This document shows positions 10,016 to 19,400 of a DNA stretch of 64,000 bases, piece by piece. The DNA comes from Nitrosopumilus sp. GTDB lineage: Archaea; Thermoproteota; Nitrososphaeria; Nitrososphaerales; Nitrosopumilaceae. Position 1 is the first letter of the stretch, and each line of letters opens with the position of its first letter. Where the stretch lies: contig OZ241981.1 in NCBI GenBank assembly GCA_965204345.1, positions 1,952,001 to 2,016,000 on the forward strand, written 5' to 3'. The position numbers were made by a program, and so were the translations under genes. The notes beneath the pieces are model-generated. The model was not told where the DNA came from. It did not search any database and was given only the letters and a program-made list of their open reading frames with translations.

Positions 10016-11756
10016 AAAGACTGGTTATGAATAATAAAACGCCCCCAATGACAAATCCCTTGGTGATCTTTAGCGAATTATCCAGTGCTTTAGAATAGTC
10101 TTTGTAGATGTTTTGACCCATGACTTTGACCTTTGTTTCATTTTCTAAAATCTCAAATTTCGCAGGCGCCGTATTGACTTCGGCTGTTTTTGCAATTTTG
10201 AAGAACCATTTTGAGAGCTTATCTGCGCTTGTAATTAGCCCTAATTGATAGTACCCATTTCTGTTTCTTGCTTTAACCGGAGCATAATGCGTGTCTGATG
10301 TACATATCTCAAGCAGATTGTAATCCCTCTTTGCAAAAATATCTATGATTTTTTCTCTTACTCCATTTTCCATATTGTTTGCATCTGCCCATCCTAGAAA
10401 ATATTTTTTGCTATTAATTTTTAGACACGTGATTCCCAATCCTCCCATTCCCAAATCCTCTGCCCAAACATCCATGTCGTCTGTATTTGCATATCCAAAT
10501 TCTATTGGAAAATTATTTTTTGTAATCAATGTATCCAGACATGATTTTGCAGCCTTTAGCATATCTTCCCCGTCTTCCTTTGATATTTCCTCCCCCATTG
10601 CATTGTGACAGTCAACTGCCAGTATTCTTGTATAGTTTCTGTTCTTAGAATACTGTTCAATCTCTGTCTTCATATAAGTTGGAATATCCTCCATTCCGTG
10701 TGGCGACAGTGATAAAAACAGCAATGGGTTGTTCCCAAAACGAATCCCCGTGACTCTTGCTTTGTTTATTTGAACCGTAACCGGCTCTGAGCACTGCATT
10801 CCTTCCTCCTTGACTGTACTGTTTTCCATATTTTTCAAGTAATTTTCAACTTCATTTCTTGATGGAAGGTTTAGCGCATGGTCTGAAATGCTATGCATTA
10901 CCATTGCAGATGATGACAGGTTTTTGTAAATTAGGTATGGTATGTTGCTGCCCCCTACCGGGTGGTATGGACCTGGATGTATCTCTGGCAGCACCATTCT
11001 GAATTCTTTGTCTCCTGCATGATCTGAGAATTTTATTTGAGACGTAGTAACTTTGGTTTCTGAGGATTGCTTTTCCATCAGCTCTTCGGCATCTGCAAAA
11101 TCGTTTCCCTGTGATGCAAGATATGCTTGAATGGTCTTGTGAGTACTTTCCATCTCCGGCCTGCCTGCCCTGTCTGTCATTATTGACCATATGTTTGCAA
11201 TTATCAAAAATACAATGCCGTATGCTAATCCTACTGGTTCATTTAGTATTTCAAACCATATGCTTTGTGGGATTAACACTGCAAACATTGCCAACGGCTG
11301 AATAAATGCAATTGCCCAAGCTTTTTTGAGGCTAATCCCCAATGTTGTTGTGTATATTCCAATTCTAAAACTTGCAAAAAGCATCATTCCAAAAACTATG
11401 AAAAATAGTTGTACCTCCTTGGATAAAACCAGACTTGCAAGCAGTCCCATCAGAATTGTTACTACCCATAGCATGCTACCAAAAAATGACGAATGCAGTG
11501 ATTTTGAATATTCCTTCTTCTTTGTAAATTTTGTATCCAATACCTGTGTTAGTGCCAAAACCCCTAGGACTATTGGTAATCTGTACCATACTTCATCTGT
11601 ATATGTTTCTCCAAGATATCCAAAATATGTTGCAAGTGTAATTACTGCTCCTACTCCTAGTGAGGCTGCTAATGAAAAATAATGTGACCCTGGGTTGATC
11701 AGCGTAAGTGAAAATCTATTGTGTATGTTTGAAACATCGTCTGGATCTTTTTCCAT
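10008..11756 (-). CDS. DUF2070 family membrane protein
   Basis: N-terminal TMs, then HPGP, VDCHN, DANN and TSDTH motifs; adjacent to Sec61beta. Confidence 0.8.
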   Translation of the reverse strand: MEKDPDDVSNIHNRFSLTLINPGSHYFSLAASLGVGAVITLATYFGYLGETYTDEVWYRLPIVLGVLALTQVLDTKFTKKKEYSKSLHSSFFGSMLWVVTILMGLLASLVLSKEVQLFFIVFGMMLFASFRIGIYTTTLGISLKKAWAIAFIQPLAMFAVLIPQSIWFEILNEPVGLAYGIVFLIIANIWSIMTDRAGRPEMESTHKTIQAYLASQGNDFADAEELMEKQSSETKVTTSQIKFSDHAGDKEFRMVLPEIHPGPYHPVGGSNIPYLIYKNLSSSAMVMHSISDHALNLPSRNEVENYLKNMENSTVKEEGMQCSEPVTVQINKARVTGIRFGNNPLLFLSLSPHGMEDIPTYMKTEIEQYSKNRNYTRILAVDCHNAMGEEISKEDGEDMLKAAKSCLDTLITKNNFPIEFGYANTDDMDVWAEDLGMGGLGITCLKINSKKYFLGWADANNMENGVREKIIDIFAKRDYNLLEICTSDTHYAPVKARNRNGYYQLGLITSADKLSKWFFKIAKTAEVNTAPAKFEILENETKVKVMGQNIYKDYSKALDNSLKITKGFVIGGVLLFITSLFI

Positions 11757-11763
11757 TGTTTCT

Positions 11764-11928
11764 TCACGGAGCTAAAAATGCATCAATTATCCATGAAATT
11801 ACGATTAAACTAATTGGAATGGATACTACGATTTTTGGGTCGATCTTGAATCCTTTTGTCTCATCTTCAAAGAATCGCATGAGACCCCCACTTGATGCTG
11901 GAAGTGGTGCTGATTTCTTATCTGCCAT
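11764..11928 (-). CDS. secG: Preprotein translocase subunit Sec61beta (SecG)
   Basis: Not in ORF track. Hand translation: MADKKSAPLPASSGGLMRFFEDETKGFKIDPKIVVSIPISLIVISWIIDAFLAP. Confidence 0.9.
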   Translation of the reverse strand: MADKKSAPLPASSGGLMRFFEDETKGFKIDPKIVVSIPISLIVISWIIDAFLAP

Positions 11929-12196
11929 TACAATTCGTCGTTGCGGATTTTAACATAAAAACTTTATTCTGTGTCCAAAATATGACCCTAAACCCAGATT
12001 TTATCAGAATCGTGGTGGGATTCAGGTGATCACAAGTCAGTCTATGACAGGAACTGACAACTCAAATTTTTCCCTTACTGAGCATCTGGCCCAATTCTGT
12101 TTATTCTGATATTTGAACCGATTCGGTAGATGGGGTGTGTGTGTGTGTAGATACAGTCCTTCAAAGATAATACTGATATGCGAGACGATCTGTGGG

Positions 12197-12355
12197 CGGT
12201 TCTGGTAAATTTTGGCGCTTCATGCCACAAATCACAGATTTGGAAAGTCTGAACTGCACTGGGATTTTTTGATGACTAGATAGTTTAAGAAAATCATCTC
12301 TTGGCAATTTACTGTTAAATTTCAGTGAACAGATCATCAGAATTTATCAGAACCG
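12197..12355 (+). mobile_element. Full-length MITE-like repeat with 18-bp imperfect terminal inverted repeats
   Basis: Left end cggttctggtaaattttg vs reverse complement of right end cggttctgataaattctg (16/18); related copies at 421, 13210, 19775 and 21405. Confidence 0.75.
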
Positions 12356-12527
12356 AACCACGTATGCGTATGTCAGTGATCCGACTGTGACAAAAAGCAT
12401 GTCTGTGCCAGTCACTGCAGCCCTTTTGACAAATTGTTGTTTTGACATGGACTCGTGCGAGTTTCGGAAAATTATTCCTCATCAGCGTGCCTTTCTAGTT
12501 GAGTTATATTGGTAGAATGATGTGATG

Positions 12528-12598
12528 TAGTGAGGGCTAAGGGTATACTGTCATCATATTGATGTTCAGAATGAGTGGATCTTACATGGCCCTCACTA
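12528..12598 (-). ncRNA. Putative box C/D-like guide RNA unit 1 (degenerate C box)
   Basis: Minus strand: TAGTGAGGGC-C-ATGTAAGA-TCCACTCATT-CTGA-ACATCAAT-ATGATGA-CAGTATACC-CTTA-GCCCTCACTA. Confidence 0.4.
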
Positions 12599-12706
12599 TC
12601 CAGTATCTGGCTGTCTTGAAAAATTGCGCATGGTCTGAGTTTCAGGAATCAACCCTGTATTCCCAGATGCCTTCTAGTTGAGTTATATTGGTAGAATGAT
12701 GTGATG

Positions 12707-12777
12707 TAGTGAGGGCTAAGGGTATACTGTCATCATATTGATGTTCAGATCAACGCCGACTCATCATGCCCTCACTA
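12707..12777 (-). ncRNA. Putative box C/D-like guide RNA unit 2
   Basis: Minus strand: TAGTGAGGGC-ATGATGA-GTCGGCGTTGAT-CTGA-ACATCAAT-ATGATGA-CAGTATACC-CTTA-GCCCTCACTA. Perfect C, D' and C' boxes, variant D box, 10-bp terminal stem. Confidence 0.55.
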
Positions 12778-12967
12778 TCCTATATTCTAATTCCGAATCT
12801 CTTGGAAGGTGCAAAGTATTGGATTTTGAAAAAGGCTGTTGCAGAAAATGGTTTTGGGTTTTGGAGATTTGATTTTCAAAGACTTGGTTTTGTTTTTTTG
12901 ATTTTGTTTTTTGGTTTTTGAAGATTTAATTTTTGGAAATTGCACAATTTTGATGTCATGTAATTAC

Positions 12968-13209
12968 GCGATAGTTGAAATGGATGTCGTGTGATTGTGT
13001 GATATTTTGGATGATTTTTGTGTAAATTGCCTGCTTTGTGTTTGGAACTAAAGTTAGGGATTTTTCCTTATCTGTGCTAAAAGTTGTGTTTTTTGGGTTT
13101 GTTTAATATCTGATACAACTTTTGTACCAAGGGCGTTTTGTTAACCCCCTTTTTGCAGTGGTTTTTTGATACCATTAGACTGCGATAGTTGCAATGGATA
13201 TCGCGTAAT
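12968..13209. repeat. Pair of 28-bp imperfect hairpin repeats (12968-12995, 13182-13209)
   Basis: gcgatagttgaaatggatgtcgtgtgat vs gcgatagttgcaatggatatcgcgtaat (4 mismatches). Confidence 0.75.
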
Positions 13210-13362
13210 GGTTCAGGCAAATTCTGATGAACTGATCACTGGAATTTAACAGTAAATCGCATAGATGATTTTCTTAAACTATCCAGTCATCAAAAAATCC
13301 CAAAAAAGTGCGGTTCAGAGATTGCACTGATTTACGGCACAGGCCACCAATTTACCATAGCC
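13210..13362 (-). mobile_element. MITE-like repeat copy in inverted orientation
   Basis: Reverse complement contains gggattttttgatgactggatagtttaagaaaatcatct...catcagaatttgcctgaacc, matching 12197-12355. Confidence 0.8.
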
Positions 13363-13443
13363 ATCACTAGATTAAAAGCCAGGTTTGATATATTATGCCC
13401 AAAATTATGAATCTGGGGTTAAATCTCAGATGGAGAACAAATC

Positions 13444-13773
13444 TTATTGTTTGTCTTGAATTTTACCCATTGTTTCTAGTATGGCGTTGATGGTTTTTAG
13501 AATTTCTTGTTGTCTGTCATGATTAGTCTCATGTTCTAATTCTTTTGACAAGCTCTCTATCTTTTTTTCCAGGCTCTCTTTTATGGGATTTTTACTCTCA
13601 CTTGTCGATTCTTTGGGAATATCTTTTTTCTCAGGTGTCCGTCCACAACTGATGCACAATGCCTGGCCCTTGCTTATGACCCTGACTCCCTTGCAGTATG
13701 GGCATGGTTCACTGAGTAATGTTGCCCCCTTTAGCAGCATATCTGCTGCTTTCTTTGTCAGATCCTCTGCCAT
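13444..13773 (-). CDS. UPF0148 / SSSCA1 (autoantigen p27) family zinc-ribbon protein
   Basis: ADMLLKGATLLSEPCPYC...CISC. Confidence 0.85.
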   Translation of the reverse strand: MAEDLTKKAADMLLKGATLLSEPCPYCKGVRVISKGQALCISCGRTPEKKDIPKESTSESKNPIKESLEKKIESLSKELEHETNHDRQQEILKTINAILETMGKIQDKQ

Positions 13774-13877
13774 TCTTTTTATCTAATTTTCTATCTAAAA
13801 AACACACTTGTTTTTCATTTTTTGCTAATATTCAAACAAGGCTTAATAGTGTGGATGATTGAATTGATCTTGAACGA

Positions 13878-14186
13878 ATGGCGATAATTTGTAATACTTG
13901 TGGTCTTCCAGAAGATTTGTGTGCTTGTGGTGAGCTTGCCAAAGATAGCATTAAAATCATTATCAGATTGGAAACTAGGCGATTTAAGAAAAAAGGCACC
14001 ATGATTGAAGGATTAGATCCTAAATTAAATAATTTAGAGACTGTTGCAAAAGAACTCAAAAACAAGTATGCCTGTGGCGGTACTGCCAAAGAGGGCTATA
14101 TCTTTTTACAAGGTGATCATAGAGATACCATCAAAGACACCTTGATTAACTTGGGCTTTGCTGAGGATACTATAGAATTACACTAA
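13878..14186 (+). CDS. Translation initiation factor aIF1 (SUI1)
   Basis: CNTCGLPEDLCAC, LKNKYACGGT and LQGDHR motifs. Confidence 0.95.
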   Translation: MAIICNTCGLPEDLCACGELAKDSIKIIIRLETRRFKKKGTMIEGLDPKLNNLETVAKELKNKYACGGTAKEGYIFLQGDHRDTIKDTLINLGFAEDTIELH

Positions 14187-14192
14187 AACGAA

Positions 14193-15170
14193 TTGCAAAA
14201 TTCAATTAAGATATTACAATTCCTTGGAATTCCTTTCACTGCCTTACTTTCTGTAATTTTTGGTTTACTTCTTGTATCTTTCCCAATAGGCATCTATGTT
14301 GTTTTTGAGACTGATATTGGGGATGACATTAATTACGAATACCCTGTAACTCACCTTGATTTTTTTAGTGACACTGATCTTTACCAGTCCCCTGTTGATG
14401 TTAGTATTGGTGATGTCTTTGTTGTTTTGTGGGCTTTCTATCTTGTTTTGTTTGTGATTGCAATTTTTGGACCAAAACATAGTTTCTTAAAAACCATCTC
14501 TCCGATAATCTCTTTTGGCAAATATGATACACGTGTTAATTATTTAGTCGGGGTAACAAAATGGTTTTCAATCCTAATTCTGATTTCTGCGCTAATTAAT
14601 TATGTTCAGGAAGGATTTGGCGTTTCCATAGTTGCTCCCGTTGTGGAAAATGACCTGATTCAATTCTTCTATGTAAGTCTTGCACCTCTGATTGAGGAAT
14701 TTACGTTTCGCTTTGTCTTAATTGGAATCCCCCTGTTTGCTTTGTATTCCCAAAAATCCTCCATAACCTATTTTCTGAGATGTCTGTGGAATCCTGCAGT
14801 CTTGGGAATTCTTGATGAAAAAAAGGCAATTGTCTTAGTTCTAACTGTGGGCCTTCTTTTTGGATTTGCCCACGTTGCCTTTGGTGAATCCTGGAGCGGT
14901 GGAAAGATTACACAGGCTGCTGCCAGTGGAATTATTTTGGGATGGGTCTATCTAAAATATGGCTTTATTGCATCTTTGCTGATTCATTGGGCTACTAACT
15001 ACTTTGTATTCTCTTATGCCAATTTCATCTCTCAGTTAAATTCCATTTCTATTGAGGATGCATTCTCACACTCTTTGATGTCCTCATTGGAAATCCTGTT
15101 TTTATTGTCTGGGGTTTTATCAATTTCCGTCTTGATAATTCATAGATTTTCCTCTACAAAGGAAGCCTGA
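14193..15170 (+). CDS. CPBP (CAAX/Abi) intramembrane metalloprotease
   Basis: APLIEEFTFR, FGFAH and IHWATN motifs. Confidence 0.85.
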   Translation: MQNSIKILQFLGIPFTALLSVIFGLLLVSFPIGIYVVFETDIGDDINYEYPVTHLDFFSDTDLYQSPVDVSIGDVFVVLWAFYLVLFVIAIFGPKHSFLKTISPIISFGKYDTRVNYLVGVTKWFSILILISALINYVQEGFGVSIVAPVVENDLIQFFYVSLAPLIEEFTFRFVLIGIPLFALYSQKSSITYFLRCLWNPAVLGILDEKKAIVLVLTVGLLFGFAHVAFGESWSGGKITQAAASGIILGWVYLKYGFIASLLIHWATNYFVFSYANFISQLNSISIEDAFSHSLMSSLEILFLLSGVLSISVLIIHRFSSTKEA

Positions 15171-15171
15171 T

Positions 15172-16080
15172 TTAGAGCTTTAGTGCTGCCTTTAATCCCT
15201 TGTATCTGTTTCTAATTGTAACCTCTGTCACTCCTGCTGCTTCTGCGACATCTCTTTGAGTTTTATTCTCGCCATTTGTCACACATGCTACATAAAGTGC
15301 AGCGGCAGCCAATCCCATGGGATCTTTGCCTGCTGAAATTTTTTGCTCTTCGGCTGTTTGTAAAATTTTCGTTGCTTTTCTTTTCGTTTTTTCAGAGAGG
15401 CTTGCCTTACTTGCAATTCTGGAAATACATTTTACAGGATCTACTACTGGCATCTTTAAATTTAGTTCTCTTAACAATAAACGGTAACACCTTGCAATGT
15501 CCTTTCGTTTTATGTTGCTTGCTTGCCCTATGTCCTTTAACGTTCTTGGAGTTTCAGTGTCTCTACATGCGGCATACAATGCAGACGCTATTAATGCCGA
15601 AATTGAACGCCCCCTGACCAATCCCTTCTCTAGTGCTTTTCTGTAAATATAAGCTGCTTTTTCAATAACTGAATCCCTTACTGCAAGCTTGTCTTTTAAC
15701 CTGTCTAGCTCACTGAATGCCTGTCTGAAATTTCTATCTACTGGCTCGTGAACCTGGCTTCTGCTATCCCAGGTTCTCAATCTTTCAATGGTGCTTTTCA
15801 TTGCAGCTGTAAGTGGTTTTCCTGTTGCATCCCTATTTTGCGGGTTGATTACTGTGGCCAATCCCATATCGTGCATGGCAAGTGAAGTTGGAACTCCTGC
15901 CCTGCTTTTGTTTTCACCCTCGTTTGAAAATGATCTCCATTCCGGACCTGATTCCTCAACTTTATCTGTAATCACAAAACCACATTTGCTACAAAAGTTC
16001 TCCCCCGTATTGGCATCTGTTACTAGTGTCCCCTTTCCACATCTTGGACATTTGTCTTTTGAATTGCTTGTTTTAACCAT
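15172..16080 (-). CDS. tfb: Transcription initiation factor IIB
   Basis: Zn ribbon CPRC/CSKCG, GPEWRSF, two cyclin repeats, GKDPMGLAAAALY; ATG start chosen at 16080. Confidence 0.97.
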   Translation of the reverse strand: MVKTSNSKDKCPRCGKGTLVTDANTGENFCSKCGFVITDKVEESGPEWRSFSNEGENKSRAGVPTSLAMHDMGLATVINPQNRDATGKPLTAAMKSTIERLRTWDSRSQVHEPVDRNFRQAFSELDRLKDKLAVRDSVIEKAAYIYRKALEKGLVRGRSISALIASALYAACRDTETPRTLKDIGQASNIKRKDIARCYRLLLRELNLKMPVVDPVKCISRIASKASLSEKTKRKATKILQTAEEQKISAGKDPMGLAAAALYVACVTNGENKTQRDVAEAAGVTEVTIRNRYKGLKAALKL

Positions 16081-16192
16081 TTTTTCTCTCAAAACCCTTT
16101 ATGATGATATTTAAGATTTTCTAAATAATAATATATAAGTTTATTGGTGATCCCTGCCTAAAATTATGATTCCTTTGCGTTTTTAATCGATG

Positions 16193-16825
16193 CTACTCTA
16201 GTATCTCTTTGATCTTTTTTACAATTCCTGGTTTTTCATTTTGCTCTAATAGAAATTTTAAATCCTCAGTATTATCTACATCCCACATTATTCTTTTTAT
16301 AAAAACCATCGCAACATTTAGTGTGTGTTCTTTAGCTGTGTTCATGTGGATTTTGTAGCTGTCCTCATCATAATGTGTCTCCATCAAGTCTACTGGCATT
16401 CTGGCTAGTGCATTAGTTCCATCAAACCTTCTAGATGGCACAATGATTGCAAAATTTGGATGAGTTTTATAATTTAGCATAAAATCAATATCCTGTGTTT
16501 TGATAAACGGTATGTCCTGTGGAAATATGATTGATGCATGAAAATCATTTTCTAAAAGGTACTTGTCTGCCAATGCCACTGCACCATTTACACTCTCTTC
16601 TTTTTCGTCAATGATTGTAACTGTCTTGTATTTTTTTCCAATTTCAATTGCCTCTTCCTCCTTTGTTACCATGATTATTTTTTCAATTTGAGGCGATATT
16701 GATAATATGTGAAGAATTTCTTCTAACATGACCTTGCACAAGTTCTCTATTTGCTGTGGAGATAAATCTAAACGGGTTTTTGCCTTAGAGAAAGTCTTTA
16801 CGGGGACTATTGCTGCAATTTTCAA
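16193..16825 (-). CDS. cofC: 2-phospho-L-lactate/PEP guanylyltransferase CofC
   Basis: AIVPVK...AKTRL, DGTNAL and DVDN motifs; adjacent to cofD. Confidence 0.9.
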   Translation of the reverse strand: MKIAAIVPVKTFSKAKTRLDLSPQQIENLCKVMLEEILHILSISPQIEKIIMVTKEEEAIEIGKKYKTVTIIDEKEESVNGAVALADKYLLENDFHASIIFPQDIPFIKTQDIDFMLNYKTHPNFAIIVPSRRFDGTNALARMPVDLMETHYDEDSYKIHMNTAKEHTLNVAMVFIKRIMWDVDNTEDLKFLLEQNEKPGIVKKIKEILE

Positions 16826-16826
16826 A

Positions 16827-17747
16827 TTATACGTGTACTTGTTTTAGAATGAAATTTGCTAATGCGTCCTCTGATAATTTATTTTTCATGGTGATTTTTG
16901 TCTCAAACACATTCATATCCAAACTATGAATTTTTTTGGTCAGCGTCTTATCTTTGGTATCCACAATGATGTTGGCACATACATCTGAATACATTTTTGC
17001 TAGTCCGTAGGCATTTGATTCTATTCCTGCTGCTTGCATGTATTTTGCGGCAGGTCCGCTAATTGCATTATCCCCTATTAGCGGACTAATTGCTACTACC
17101 TTCTTTTTCATTTTTGATAATTCTTTCCTAATTCCTTTAATCTGAAGCATCGGGCCTATTGACGTTAATGGATTGCCTGGTGCTAAAATCACCATATCTG
17201 AATCATGAATTGCATTTACAGCTTCTGGATTTGGACGCGCCTTGTCTGCTCCGATATATTGTATTCCCTCGACTGGATCCTTTCCTCTGTGTTTGACCCA
17301 ATATTCTTGCAAATGTAATTCTCCTTTATCTGTGGTTATTCTTGTTTCAATACTGTTGTCTGTAACTGGAATGATATTGGCACTAACTGCAAACTTTTCA
17401 CACATCCATTTTGTTATGTCACTGAGGTTCTTTCCGTTTTTTAGCATGTTGGTCCTAATCAAATGTGTTGCAGCGTCTCTGTCTCCGACTCTGAACCATG
17501 TCTCTTCTCCGAAAACTTCCATTTGACGTAAAAAGTTGAATGTATCTTTTTTCATTCCCCATCCTCTTTCTTGATCAAGTAAATCTGCCAATCCATAAAT
17601 TATGGTATCAATATCTGGACACACATATAGTCCGTAAAGCCAATAATTGTCTCCTACATTGCTAATTACATTAACTTTGGATTCTTGTGACACTAGTCCT
17701 CTGACTAGTTTTACTGAACCTGTTCCTCCTGCTAATACTGTAATCAT
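16827..17747 (-). CDS. cofD: 2-phospho-L-lactate transferase CofD
   Basis: LAGGTG, CPDIDT, GDRDAATH and LQEYWV motifs. Confidence 0.95.
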   Translation of the reverse strand: MITVLAGGTGSVKLVRGLVSQESKVNVISNVGDNYWLYGLYVCPDIDTIIYGLADLLDQERGWGMKKDTFNFLRQMEVFGEETWFRVGDRDAATHLIRTNMLKNGKNLSDITKWMCEKFAVSANIIPVTDNSIETRITTDKGELHLQEYWVKHRGKDPVEGIQYIGADKARPNPEAVNAIHDSDMVILAPGNPLTSIGPMLQIKGIRKELSKMKKKVVAISPLIGDNAISGPAAKYMQAAGIESNAYGLAKMYSDVCANIIVDTKDKTLTKKIHSLDMNVFETKITMKNKLSEDALANFILKQVHV

Positions 17748-17862
17748 ACCATATACCTCTAAAACTGAAAATACTAATTCTGTTACTCCATATTACTTTT
17801 TCAAAACCTCTCGATCTTAGCATTTAGGATAAGTTTATTACCGTATTTCATGGATTTTACTC

Positions 17863-19227
17863 GTGTCTAGGGCTGTAATTATGACTGTTTTACTTGCAAC
17901 TCTTATCGTTGTTAGCACTAGTGCTCCTGCTTGGGCTGCCCAATTAGATGCAACAATTAATCCTAATAATGAATTATCTCCATTTAAGATGACTTATCAA
18001 AAAACCGTCTTTATTGAATATCCAAATGGCGGTAATCTCTTTGATGATCTTCAAGGTAAAGAATGGAGAGTATCTGGTACTGCTGATTCTACCAATCCTG
18101 GTGTTCAAAGTCTTATAGAAGAACTAAATCGTGGAATTGTAAATGATGGCAGTCAAGCACAAATTACTGACTTGGATGTGTCTTATGATTTTAAGCTTAA
18201 AGCAAGAAACATTAACACTTCTATTGATTATAATGTTGTTTTAGAAGGATCTCTAAGTGATTATGTAATCACTCAGGATTCTCAAAGAACTTTGGTTGAC
18301 TTGGGATGGAGGGGTCTCTCAACCGATAATGAGATTGTGATAGATGATGTCGAAATTAACATTCCAATTAATATATTACGGGACCAAGAGCCTGAAGTTT
18401 ATGCTTATTTTGTAGGTACAGAAGCAGAAGACGTACTTGGAAGACATCTCATTGATGCTGATTTTATTTTAGAGCAACCACTGACCAATTGGCATTTTTT
18501 GTTTGATCCAACTGGAATCAGTGTGGATGCTGGAACTTATGGTTTAGATGACGAAATAGCTGGATTTGTTCTATCTGAGTGGACCATGGGTGAGAGTAGT
18601 ATTAGAGAACAACGTCAAGTTCCAAAAGTCTTTGAAGCTGAAATTGTTTCTGATCAAACCTACACTGTAACAAGTATTCAATCATCTGACTCTGCAACCT
18701 TGACTGCTGTTGGATTTGGTGCTTTAGATATGTTAGATGGAATTGAAATTATTGGTATAACCCCGACTCCTCCTGAGGATTTTATGACTACTTCAACTGG
18801 TGATTTCCCTGTACTGATTATTTATGGAATGGCTGGAATTGCAGCTGTTGCAGGTATCGCATTTTTCTTCATTAGCAGCAGATCACTCAAAAATACCTCT
18901 CAGGGACAACAAGGAATTGATCCTACTAGACTTGTAGGCTATGAAACTAGCGATTCATCTGGAGGCTATAAAACCAACAGAGGTGAGGCCCAATTAAAAA
19001 ATGATTCTGACTATCAACAAACACGAAGTCATTATGATACGACGCAAAGTCCACCACCACCGCCACAAACAACTCCTTCTGATAGGGAAGACGCAGCATG
19101 TGGGTGTGCGGCTTCTGCTGAAATGGGCTCTGAATGTGATTGTGCTATGCAAGGTGCATGTCTTTGTGATGGAACTTGCCAATGCAATGCGGATATCTGT
19201 AAAGAACAAGTTTCTTCAATGAGATAA
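17863..19227 (+). CDS. Hypothetical single-pass membrane protein with Cys-rich C-terminal tail
   Basis: Signal peptide, TM near aa 315-340, tail CGC...CDC...CLC..CQC...C. Confidence 0.75.
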   Translation: MSRAVIMTVLLATLIVVSTSAPAWAAQLDATINPNNELSPFKMTYQKTVFIEYPNGGNLFDDLQGKEWRVSGTADSTNPGVQSLIEELNRGIVNDGSQAQITDLDVSYDFKLKARNINTSIDYNVVLEGSLSDYVITQDSQRTLVDLGWRGLSTDNEIVIDDVEINIPINILRDQEPEVYAYFVGTEAEDVLGRHLIDADFILEQPLTNWHFLFDPTGISVDAGTYGLDDEIAGFVLSEWTMGESSIREQRQVPKVFEAEIVSDQTYTVTSIQSSDSATLTAVGFGALDMLDGIEIIGITPTPPEDFMTTSTGDFPVLIIYGMAGIAAVAGIAFFFISSRSLKNTSQGQQGIDPTRLVGYETSDSSGGYKTNRGEAQLKNDSDYQQTRSHYDTTQSPPPPPQTTPSDREDAACGCAASAEMGSECDCAMQGACLCDGTCQCNADICKEQVSSMR

Positions 19228-19400
19228 TCTTACACTTTTTATTCGTATTTTCACATTTCCACAAATGAAAACCTTCTGTTTCGTTTGATTTTTTTGTAAA
19301 TTTTACAATTTACGATAAACAAGCTTTAGACGACCAATGAGAACGCATTCATACAAAAGATCTAACAAAAGAAATTTGAGTATGGAATCTTTGCCAAGAA

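Larger units (their letters stand above)
12488..12780. repeat. Two ~113-bp direct repeats (12488-12601, 12668-12780) with a variable internal segment
   Basis: About 80 nt near-identical, then ~18 nt different, then shared gccctcactatcc. Confidence 0.95.

Noticed and set aside
11708-11953. 81-aa plus-strand ORF
   Set aside because: Antisense shadow of secG.
12488-12780. CRISPR array
   Set aside because: Repeats of ~113 bp with internal variation, only two units, and no cas genes.
11990-13420. Outer inverted repeat aaacccagatt / aatctggggtt bounding the non-coding island
   Set aside because: Only about 11 bp and imperfect; cannot be separated from chance.
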